Assembly: GCA_051531975.1 (NCBI GenBank)
Contig: JAOPTT010000007.1
Location: forward strand, 245,778-309,777
Direction: 5' to 3'
DNA length: 64,000 nucleotides
Source of the DNA: Spirochaetaceae bacterium
GTDB taxonomy: Bacteria; Spirochaetota; Spirochaetia; DSM-2461
A program made the translations under genes and the position numbers. Below are positions 54,047 through 62,646 of this stretch, in pieces; positions within the stretch are counted from its first letter, which is position 1, and each line of letters starts with the position of its first letter. Under the pieces are notes generated by a model. It saw only the letters and a program-made list of their open reading frames with translations. It was not told the origin of the DNA and did no database searches.

Positions 54047-55915
54047 TTGACCTTTATAAAGAGGAAACTTCTTTTTGTTTTAAGAAGTAAGTTTCCTCTA
54101 GTGGTATATCCTCTACTAGCTTGCTTAACATCATTTTGGTATATAGTTGGCTTGCAGTCATTTAAAAACAACATCCTGGATATCAGTTTATTGTATTCTA
54201 TATTACCAACGTTACTTAGTATTGTAATACCAATTCAATTGTCTAGTGATTTTAAAAAGAGTAGACAATTGAATATCATAATTGGAAATTTTATTATGGT
54301 TTCCCCAGTTTTATTTAATATGTTACCAGTAGTATTTGTATTTTCGAAACTTGGAAATATAGATATTGGTCTTTTATTATCAATTCACATTGGGATTTTA
54401 GTATTTATATTTTATTCTATTGCTATTTCATTTTTAATTTCAGTTTTATTTAAAAAAAGAATAGTACAAGTCTCTGTAAGTATTTCAATACTTCTATTTT
54501 CCAGAATGTATAGTAGTTTTCTTATTGGATGTTTTAAAGGTTTAATATCAATCAATCAGATTGTTTCCTTAATACTTTTATCAATAACTATTTTAGTTAT
54601 ATCAAAGAGTTTATTAGCAAAAACAAAAAATATTTTTAAAATAACATTTGCATTGATAATTTTTTTAATCAGTTTGCTTATACCCGGGAATATTGACTTA
54701 ACTTGGTATAGAAGTCATTCAATATCTGCATATACTAAGAAGTTAATAAACAGTTCTCCTGAAAACATTAATATTAATTTTTACTTATCAGATGAAATAA
54801 CAAATCTTACAGAGACTAATCGTGATATGATAAAAATACTAAATCAGTTTGGTTCTCTAGATAATTGTAATTTTGAAATATTGCCAGCTAACGAGAGTTT
54901 AGAACATGGCTCCACCCAGATAAGATATACTGACCGATATTTTAATCTCCCACCGAATACATCTATTAAAGGTTTTGAGTTTGAAGTTCTTAAAGTTATA
55001 AATTACTTACAAAACAATGGGCTAAAAAAAGTTGGTATATTAATTGGTAATGAGGAATACTCAATAGATAATTTTAAGATGTTAGAAATGGCTCTCCGTG
55101 ATCATTTTAGTATTAATTTTATATACCCTGAGGAAGTTATACCAAATGATTTAGATTCATTAATTGTTGTTGGCCATTATAGTATTTCACCACATGTATT
55201 CCAGAAGATCGGTAACTACCTTTCAAGAGGAGGTAATATCTTATTTGCAGGAACTGGACTTCCTACAAATGAAGGCCTAAATTATAGAAATACTGAAATT
55301 TTAACTGCTTTAAATCTTTGTGGTGTTATAATTGAACCATATCTGATAGGTAATAATTCACAAAACAGACTAAATATAATTACTTATCCAAATAGAGAAT
55401 ATAAAAGTAACTTAATTACTGTTCCATTTACAGGTTTTACAGGAACTTATACTTCACCAATAAATATATTAAATAATATCTTTATCAATCTTTTATATTC
55501 ATCTAATGACTCGTGGTTAGTTAGTTCTATATCAGAAATTGATGGTGTACCAGAATCACGTTTTCCAGTTGCGGTTTATGGTGAAGGCAATTTTTCAAAG
55601 TTTTTTAGTGGAAAAGATTTAGGTAATATAAATAGGTTTATAATATTAGGTAGTTCAATGTCATTAACTGACTATCCTTATTCTTTAGGTGAGCACCAAG
55701 GGTATGATTTTATTATTAGATCTATATATAAAATCATTTCTGAGGAAGAACTATTAAACGTTCGGTATAATTACAATTTAGAGAATAATTTCTATATGTT
55801 AGAAAGTTCTCGGTATAGAAATACAGTTTTTAACTTTCTATTTATGTTTATTATTATTTTTTATCCATTCCTAATATTTCTTGTATTTAGATATATCAAA
55901 AAAAAACTGAGGTAA
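54047..55915 (+). CDS. GldF/GldG-like ABC auxiliary membrane protein (permease-like TMs fused to a GldG-type domain)
   Basis: About seven N-terminal TMs, then IDLT...SHSIS.YTK, IP.DLD.LIVVG, YL.RGG.IL and a C-terminal TM. Confidence 0.6.
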   Translation: MTFIKRKLLFVLRSKFPLVVYPLLACLTSFWYIVGLQSFKNNILDISLLYSILPTLLSIVIPIQLSSDFKKSRQLNIIIGNFIMVSPVLFNMLPVVFVFSKLGNIDIGLLLSIHIGILVFIFYSIAISFLISVLFKKRIVQVSVSISILLFSRMYSSFLIGCFKGLISINQIVSLILLSITILVISKSLLAKTKNIFKITFALIIFLISLLIPGNIDLTWYRSHSISAYTKKLINSSPENININFYLSDEITNLTETNRDMIKILNQFGSLDNCNFEILPANESLEHGSTQIRYTDRYFNLPPNTSIKGFEFEVLKVINYLQNNGLKKVGILIGNEEYSIDNFKMLEMALRDHFSINFIYPEEVIPNDLDSLIVVGHYSISPHVFQKIGNYLSRGGNILFAGTGLPTNEGLNYRNTEILTALNLCGVIIEPYLIGNNSQNRLNIITYPNREYKSNLITVPFTGFTGTYTSPINILNNIFINLLYSSNDSWLVSSISEIDGVPESRFPVAVYGEGNFSKFFSGKDLGNINRFIILGSSMSLTDYPYSLGEHQGYDFIIRSIYKIISEEELLNVRYNYNLENNFYMLESSRYRNTVFNFLFMFIIIFYPFLIFLVFRYIKKKLR

Positions 55916-55922
55916 CCCTCAG
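55907..55922. terminator. Hairpin between convergent genes
   Basis: CTGAGG-TAAC-CCTCAG preceded by an A-run, which is the U-tract on the minus strand. Confidence 0.6.
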
Positions 55923-55933
55923 CTTGTATCTCA

Positions 55934-58594
55934 TTAACTATTTTTAATAAAATCTTTATATTTTTTGGGATCTGGTTTAAAAGCCAACATATCTCTAGAA
56001 TCTTCTTCTGCCATATCTAATGCTTTAATAGCTTCACCCATTAATCTGTTTTCTCCAACTCTTCTATCATTCATTGAGCTGATTCCAACACTCATATTTA
56101 AATTTGCAGCTTTACTTTTATCTATAAAAGTTTTCATTTGACTGATAGCAGAGTTACCATTAAGATCTTTCATTGCAACAGCAATTTGATCTTTTTTTAG
56201 CTCATATATATCTGTACTTTCACCAAAATGGTCTTTAATAAAATTGTAATGTTCTTGTAGATCTTCACCTTTTAAGTTTATTACCGCAACTGAAAGATCA
56301 CTCTCCGAAACACCCGCTTTTTCAAGTAAAGAACTTAAATCTGGTGCCATATCGCTATTATCTTTAAAGGTCGAAATAGGAACTGATTGATCTTTTTCTA
56401 ATAACCCGTCATCTGATAAATCATCTTCCAATAAATCATCTTCAATTTCAAAATCTGGAAGGTCATCTATATTTGTTGAGTCATCCTCTATATCAGAAAT
56501 ACCAGTATCATCATCTAACTTAAAGTCATCTAAATTATATCCACTATTTTCATTGTTTCCATCATCTAAAGCAAAATCATCTAGATTGTAGTCTGTATTT
56601 ACAGCTTCACCTTCAGGTGGTTCAATGTCAATTTCAAATGAATCAATATCATCTAAGGATTCACTTAAATCTAAATCACTATCAAAACCTAATGAGTCAT
56701 CTGAATCATCTAATGTCTCACTTAAATCAAAATTATCAGTATCTGATACATCTAGACTAAATTCATCTAGGGTTTCATCATCTGAATCATCCATTTCTAA
56801 ACTAAAATCATCAAGGTCATCTATAGAGTCATCACCAAAGTCCATATCTAAGTCATCTAAACTATCGGCTTCATCAGCTGAATTATCCTCTAAGTCCAGA
56901 TCTAAATCGTCTAAGCTATTAGCTTCATCGGTTGAATCATCCTCTAAGTCCAGATCTAAATCGTCTAAGCCATCTAAACTAGTAGTTTCCTCTATAGAAT
57001 CATCCTCTAAATCCAGATCTAAATCGTCTAAGCCATCTAAACTACTAGCTTCCTCTGTAGAATCATCCTCTAAATCCAGATCAAAATCATCTAATCCCTC
57101 TAAACTATCAGCTTCATCTTCTATTTCCAGATCTAAATCGTCTAAATTGTCAGCACTTTCAATTTCATCTGAAGGTTCGTCCCCAAAGTCCATATCAAAG
57201 TCATCTAAACTTTCGACTTCATCCGTAGAATTGTCCTCTGAGTCTAGATCCAAATCATCTAAACCTTCAATTTCTTCACTTTCATCTGCAGATTCGTCCC
57301 CAAAGTCCATATCAAAGTCATCTAAACTTTCAACTTCATCTGTTGAATCATCCCCAAAGTCCATATCAAAATCATCTAAACTTTCAACTTCATCTGTGGA
57401 ATCAGCATCAAGGTCTGTATCCAAATCATCTAGACTTTCGATATTTTCAACCTCTTCGGTAGAATCATCGCCTAAGTCCAAATCAAAGTCATCTATACTT
57501 TCAGCACTTTCGACTTCATCTGTAGAATCGTCTCCGAAGTCCATATCAAAGTCATCTAAACTTTCAGCACTTTCGACTTCATCTGTAGAATCGTCTCCGA
57601 AGTCCATATCAAAGTCATCTAAACTTTCAGCATTTTCAGCCTCATCAGTAGAGTCATCACCGAAGTCCATATCAAAATCATCTAAACTTTCAGCACTTTC
57701 AACTTCCTCTGTAGAATCGTCTCCGAAGTCCATATCAACGTCATCTAAACTTTCAACTTCATCAGCAGAATCATCCCCAAGTTCCATATCAAAATCATCA
57801 AAACTTTCGGAATCATCTAAAGAATCATCACTAAAGTCCATATCAGAATCATCTTCAAAATCATCAAGTGTGTCGTTATCATTACTTGAATCATCCTCAA
57901 AGACTGAATCAAAGTCATCATCTTCAATATTAGTTTTGGATTTTGCTAATTTCTTGTCACTACCTTGTGGATGCATGTTTGATGGTCCAAAAGAATCAGA
58001 ATCATCAAACTCATCAATTCGATATTTACTCTTCCACACACTGAATATAATTATTACAATAATTGTTAAAACTAAAAATGCTAAAATTATTGTTAACGCA
58101 TCTTTAAATACATCTTTAACTTTTTCTGTTGAGAGAACATTATAAATTAAATCAAACGAGTAACCTCGCTCTGAAATTTGTATTGGAGCACTTAATATAT
58201 TGTTGTTAAATTTATCCCACCAGTTAAATGAATATTCTGGTTTCATATTCCATGTTGGATCATTTGAAACTAATGTATTTAATAAAAATGTTCTGTCATT
58301 ATATCTAGAATTAAATTTTGTTAACCCATTTTCTTTAGAATAAATTATAATAGAATGAATATTTGGATGATAATTCATATAATCTTTTATTGAGTCAGAA
58401 AGTGCTTGGTTCTCGAAGTTGTTATTTTTAAACCAATTTGTTTCTATAAGCTTTTTTGTCTCTTCAGAAACACTTTTTGATTCATTGATATAATCTTGTC
58501 TCGATACTCTTACTTCATTAAGTAAAAATATAAGTCCAAATAGAATAAGTAATGATATTATTGTTATGTAAAGTCTAGCTATAATTCGTTTCAT
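55934..58594 (-). CDS. Membrane protein with an extracytoplasmic domain, a long acidic repeat tract and a C-terminal degenerate GGDEF-like domain
   Basis: Two TMs; about 550 aa D/E-rich region; tail DLSVAVINL...MSVGISS...LMGEAIKALD.A lacks the GGDEF signature. Confidence 0.75.
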   Translation of the reverse strand: MKRIIARLYITIISLLILFGLIFLLNEVRVSRQDYINESKSVSEETKKLIETNWFKNNNFENQALSDSIKDYMNYHPNIHSIIIYSKENGLTKFNSRYNDRTFLLNTLVSNDPTWNMKPEYSFNWWDKFNNNILSAPIQISERGYSFDLIYNVLSTEKVKDVFKDALTIILAFLVLTIIVIIIFSVWKSKYRIDEFDDSDSFGPSNMHPQGSDKKLAKSKTNIEDDDFDSVFEDDSSNDNDTLDDFEDDSDMDFSDDSLDDSESFDDFDMELGDDSADEVESLDDVDMDFGDDSTEEVESAESLDDFDMDFGDDSTDEAENAESLDDFDMDFGDDSTDEVESAESLDDFDMDFGDDSTDEVESAESIDDFDLDLGDDSTEEVENIESLDDLDTDLDADSTDEVESLDDFDMDFGDDSTDEVESLDDFDMDFGDESADESEEIEGLDDLDLDSEDNSTDEVESLDDFDMDFGDEPSDEIESADNLDDLDLEIEDEADSLEGLDDFDLDLEDDSTEEASSLDGLDDLDLDLEDDSIEETTSLDGLDDLDLDLEDDSTDEANSLDDLDLDLEDNSADEADSLDDLDMDFGDDSIDDLDDFSLEMDDSDDETLDEFSLDVSDTDNFDLSETLDDSDDSLGFDSDLDLSESLDDIDSFEIDIEPPEGEAVNTDYNLDDFALDDGNNENSGYNLDDFKLDDDTGISDIEDDSTNIDDLPDFEIEDDLLEDDLSDDGLLEKDQSVPISTFKDNSDMAPDLSSLLEKAGVSESDLSVAVINLKGEDLQEHYNFIKDHFGESTDIYELKKDQIAVAMKDLNGNSAISQMKTFIDKSKAANLNMSVGISSMNDRRVGENRLMGEAIKALDMAEEDSRDMLAFKPDPKKYKDFIKNS
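56790..57870 (-). repeat. Degenerate tandem coding repeats of 51-60 bp ([S/G]LDD[F/L]D[M/L]D[F/L][G/E]DDS.[D/E]E), roughly 18-20 units
   Basis: Near-identical 60-bp units around 57470-57730; boundaries approximate. Confidence 0.85.
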
Positions 58595-58621
58595 CAATTT
58601 ATTATACTAAAAAAGGAGCAA

Positions 58622-60286
58622 TTATGCACCCTTTTTTTGCTCCTCCATATAGATATGTCTGTCAATTCTTGAAATCATCCAACTAATTGTTCTATTCATA
58701 AGCTTGGTTGTTAACTCTTCTTCTCCTCGGAGGTTAGCTAAAACCGGGATTATTGTTAACCAAACTAACTGCTGTTCTTTGCTTAAGCTATTAATATATG
58801 CTTCTATTGGAAACATTATATCAGGCAATGATTCTAATGTGTTTTTATATGTCATTAAGAAATCTAAGCTATTTTGTTTCGTTTTTCCTTCTGTAAATAA
58901 TGATATAATAGTCGATTGGTTAGGGATTTGCTCAATATTTATCGTACAACCTCTACTTTTATGTACATGTAATTTACCATTTATATTTTTACTTTCTTGC
59001 TCTAGACTAGTTTTATATCCTATCATTGGTTTTGTTATATATCTAAATCCATCTTTACAATTTTCAATTGAGATATCTCTACTTTGCATGATGAATGAAA
59101 AAAATGAACTTTCAAGAGATTTTACTTTAGAACAATTTTTATTAAAAAAGTCATATATATATGTACCTCTAGAATAACTTTTACCAAGAGGGTATGAAAA
59201 ATCTGCACCAAATAGATGTATATCTTTTGCATTTAATGCATTGGCCAAAGACAATGCAGCATGTGTCACACTTCCTCCAGCAGTATTTAAACTGGGAAAT
59301 ACCTTATAGTATTTACTTACATATTGACTAAATGGATGTCCACTTGTAAAAAAATATACTGTGTCAAATAGAGATGATAATTTTCTAGGAGATGCTATAT
59401 CTAAAACAATAGGAATATCTTTTGGTATCTTTTTTAAGAAATGGTAATAACTAATATGTTGGCAATCAATTGAAATTATTATATCTGGTTTTATTCCAAA
59501 TTCAAGTAATGCCGGAGCAGTTGTATCTGTTGCAATTAGTGTAGAATTTTTTTGTCTTTCCCTAATTTCTTCTATATGATCTTCTAAAGAGGGTCCTGCA
59601 GCAGTAATAATTGCAGATTTAATCGGTTTCAATATTGGTTTAACTCTATTTGCTTCCTTAACATTAAATAGAGTATTAGAAAACCATTTTTTCCCAAACC
59701 GTGTCTGTACAGTATAATCGTCTGATATTCTGTTAATTGCATTTTTAATCGTATCTACACAGGATCCAAAGAATTCTTCTTCTGCATTTACTCGTTGTCT
59801 AAGTGGTATTGTTGTTACATCTCCACAAACAGCTGGAATATAATTATCTAATATAAAATTATATAGATCCTCTGGTTTCGGATCTATTAAAATATTTACT
59901 GCTGGATTCAAAAATATTTCTTTTAGATTCATTTTTGAGATAGTAGCTTTAAACCTATCGATATCTTTATCAAGAATTAGTATTGTTGAGAACTCATTTT
60001 TTTCTATAAATGGTTTAATATGGTAAGCACCACCAAGCCCTAAAAAAATTAGAAAGCCTTTACTTTTATACATAGAAAGAAATCTTGAACCTTCTCTTTT
60101 AGGATCAATTTTGGAATGTAATGTTTTTCCACTATTGGAACTAACACAAGGAACAATATCGCCGCTTTTGGATTCTATGAAAGAGTAATGTGATTCGTCT
60201 ACTATATTACTAGTTAAATCTGAAGCCAATGTGCAATTAGTATTTGCAAGTGCTAAAATATTACTGTTGTAGTAGTTTGCTTCCAT
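58622..60286 (-). CDS. Motility-associated factor (Maf / MAF_flag10, MptE-like) protein
   Basis: LHSKIDPKRE, FLGLGGAYHI, RFGKKWF.N, AAGPSLE, PD....ID, GSVT, FGADFSY. Confidence 0.8.
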   Translation of the reverse strand: MEANYYNSNILALANTNCTLASDLTSNIVDESHYSFIESKSGDIVPCVSSNSGKTLHSKIDPKREGSRFLSMYKSKGFLIFLGLGGAYHIKPFIEKNEFSTILILDKDIDRFKATISKMNLKEIFLNPAVNILIDPKPEDLYNFILDNYIPAVCGDVTTIPLRQRVNAEEEFFGSCVDTIKNAINRISDDYTVQTRFGKKWFSNTLFNVKEANRVKPILKPIKSAIITAAGPSLEDHIEEIRERQKNSTLIATDTTAPALLEFGIKPDIIISIDCQHISYYHFLKKIPKDIPIVLDIASPRKLSSLFDTVYFFTSGHPFSQYVSKYYKVFPSLNTAGGSVTHAALSLANALNAKDIHLFGADFSYPLGKSYSRGTYIYDFFNKNCSKVKSLESSFFSFIMQSRDISIENCKDGFRYITKPMIGYKTSLEQESKNINGKLHVHKSRGCTINIEQIPNQSTIISLFTEGKTKQNSLDFLMTYKNTLESLPDIMFPIEAYINSLSKEQQLVWLTIIPVLANLRGEEELTTKLMNRTISWMISRIDRHIYMEEQKKGA

Positions 60287-61736
60287 ACTGATGTAATAAC
60301 CTCTTTATATACAATATTGCCTCTCTTTTTCCCTCTGTTTTTTTTTCTAAAATCTGGGTACTAGATAGAGCCTTATTATTAATATCGGTATAGATTGAGG
60401 TAGAAATTAAGAAAAATAGATGATTTTCTATTAATTCTTCACTATTTAACTTTATAAGCCAGTTATTACATAATTTGATAACATCTTGTATACGGTTTTT
60501 TCTATTATTACTTTGCATAACTGAGAAATTGAAACCACTTTTGTCAGTATTAGAAGGCAGCTGTTTTAATAATTCTAAATGATTAATATCAGTTATGTTA
60601 TTTATAGGTTTAGAAATTGTGTTAACCCTAAAGATTCTTCCTTTATTTCTTTTTCCTATCTGGGAAAACCAGTCCCTATAAGTCTTAAATGTCACACCAC
60701 TATTAATGTACCTTTTATACATAATTGAGTAGTGGGGGTTGTTTCTATATTCTCCAGACTTTAATAAGCTATCAAATGCATATGGTCTGACATGAGACTC
60801 AATATCAGATGATTCTAAATCTTGACCAAATAAATATATTGGATATTTAGTGTACCCAAGAGCAAATTCAAGGGCAGTTCCAGCTACTGTACCATTTTCA
60901 TTTAATTTTATATGGGGTAATTTTCCCATTTCTATTAACTCATTTTCAAATTCATTACCTGTATTTATAAGTAGGGTCGTGTTATTCATATTAGTTGAAT
61001 TAAATAGAGGCATCGTTATTGGTATACTTGTTCCATATAGATGTAATTTTGAATAGTATCCAGGATCTGTGGAAAATGTTAAATCTGGTTGAATATCATT
61101 TTCTTCTAATGCTTTATTTGCTGATGACAAAGATATAAAAATTGCTTTATCTCGTATCTGTTTTAATAGTTCAAAAGAGTTTTCTAAACTTTTACCAGAG
61201 GCTATAATAACTACAGGTTTATCTATTCTAAAATTTGTAATGTAATTATCAGTTATAATATAATTTTTTAAAGAGTTTCTGATCCAAGTTTTACCAAAAC
61301 GTGCAGTTGTTAATAAGTTTCCATTTACCCGTCTTATGGCTTTAATCAACTGGTTATTAACTTCTAATGCCTCATCTGGATATGCTTTGGCAGTTGGCTT
61401 CCATTCTAATATTTGTAAGCCTTTTATATTCTTTTCTGTTATTACTGAGTGTAAAAAATCTGAAAGTGTTTGTTTAAAAAGATATTGTTTTCTAATAGTG
61501 TTGTTTATATTTAAAGAAATCTCACTCAAATCTTTTGTATATGGGATGCTTATAACTTCTGATTCTGGAAAACTTTTTGATAATATTGATAATATATAAC
61601 CAAATGCGGGTCCCAATATAAGAATAGTATTACCATTTAATATATTATTATTATCTATGAACCTTTGGGCTTCTTTTTCAGGTGAATATTTAGAGTGTAG
61701 AGATACACCATTTCTTTTATTATCTAATTGATTCAT
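60261..61736 (-). CDS. Second Maf-family protein (paralogue)
   Basis: LHSKYSPEKEA, RFGKTWIRN, ASGKSLE, STDPG, GTVA, FGQDL. Confidence 0.75.
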   Translation of the reverse strand: MNQLDNKRNGVSLHSKYSPEKEAQRFIDNNNILNGNTILILGPAFGYILSILSKSFPESEVISIPYTKDLSEISLNINNTIRKQYLFKQTLSDFLHSVITEKNIKGLQILEWKPTAKAYPDEALEVNNQLIKAIRRVNGNLLTTARFGKTWIRNSLKNYIITDNYITNFRIDKPVVIIASGKSLENSFELLKQIRDKAIFISLSSANKALEENDIQPDLTFSTDPGYYSKLHLYGTSIPITMPLFNSTNMNNTTLLINTGNEFENELIEMGKLPHIKLNENGTVAGTALEFALGYTKYPIYLFGQDLESSDIESHVRPYAFDSLLKSGEYRNNPHYSIMYKRYINSGVTFKTYRDWFSQIGKRNKGRIFRVNTISKPINNITDINHLELLKQLPSNTDKSGFNFSVMQSNNRKNRIQDVIKLCNNWLIKLNSEELIENHLFFLISTSIYTDINNKALSSTQILEKKTEGKREAILYIKRLLHQYGSKLLQQ

Positions 61737-62646
61737 CTTGTATAAAATGATCCAAAATTGTATCTAAAGAGTTGTTTTTCCATATAAGAGATTCATAATT
61801 TAAATCTACAGAATCTAATTTATTTGAAAATATAGATTTAAAAGCTGCACCAATTTGTTGCTGAACAACTATAATATTTGTTGTTTCTTTCTTATCAAGT
61901 AGTGTTAATAAAATATCATTATTATATAACTGGAATACTCTTCCTCTATTTTTCGAGAATGAAGTTAAGATTTTAACTGCACTATTTTTTATACTACTAC
62001 TTGTTGAAAGAGAGTCCGTTTCTTTGAATGTTTTTAATAAGTTTGATAGATTTAATTTTAGGAAAATAATTCTATTTTGTGAGTTTTTAATCTTTTGTAC
62101 ATAAGACGTTATACTCTCTTTTATATTATTACTTTGATCATCAATATTCTGTAGTCTATGAAAAGGGTTTGCTCCTAGAAACTCACTTAGTTCTCCTATG
62201 TAGGATTTCATTTCGTCTATTGTTGGATATTTTTCTGTCTTAAACTCAGTTATTAACAATAATGCATCTGTTGTTCCAGTATTGCTGAATGGAACAATAA
62301 TAGTATCTTTAATTGTTACAAATTCTCTAATTGAAAAATATTTTTGTAGTATTTTTTTATCGCTATTAGCAACAAACTTTTCATATTCTATCTCACTCAT
62401 TCGCAGTCTATTTTTAGTTGTAAAATCAAGACCTATTATTGATGATAGTGTAAACATCCCATTTTCTTTAACTAATAATGCACCTTTTTCAATAGAGAAT
62501 AAAGTTACTAACTCTTTAAATACTGCTGGGTAAAATTCTATTGTGTTTTTAAGCTCACTTAGGTTCTTTTTTATTACCTGGAAACTATTTCTTCTAATCT
62601 CTGGAGAGTTTGTATTTTGGTCAGTTGCTTTTTGTAAAAGACCCAT
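61720..62646 (-). CDS. Hypothetical protein (possible GAF-like N-terminal half)
   Basis: 308-aa ORF overlapping both neighbours (translational coupling); KGALLVK...SIIGLD resembles a GAF strand. Confidence 0.6.
   Translation of the reverse strand: MGLLQKATDQNTNSPEIRRNSFQVIKKNLSELKNTIEFYPAVFKELVTLFSIEKGALLVKENGMFTLSSIIGLDFTTKNRLRMSEIEYEKFVANSDKKILQKYFSIREFVTIKDTIIVPFSNTGTTDALLLITEFKTEKYPTIDEMKSYIGELSEFLGANPFHRLQNIDDQSNNIKESITSYVQKIKNSQNRIIFLKLNLSNLLKTFKETDSLSTSSSIKNSAVKILTSFSKNRGRVFQLYNNDILLTLLDKKETTNIIVVQQQIGAAFKSIFSNKLDSVDLNYESLIWKNNSLDTILDHFIQDESIR

Noticed and set aside
56625..58145. 506-aa Ser-rich ORF on the plus strand
   Set aside because: Antisense shadow of the Asp-rich repeats: runs of GAT codons read as Ser on the opposite strand. 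No SD or recognisable domain.
2004..62533. Many 60-160 aa ORFs antisense or out of frame within long genes
   Set aside because: They lie inside well-supported CDSs and show no motifs or translation signals.
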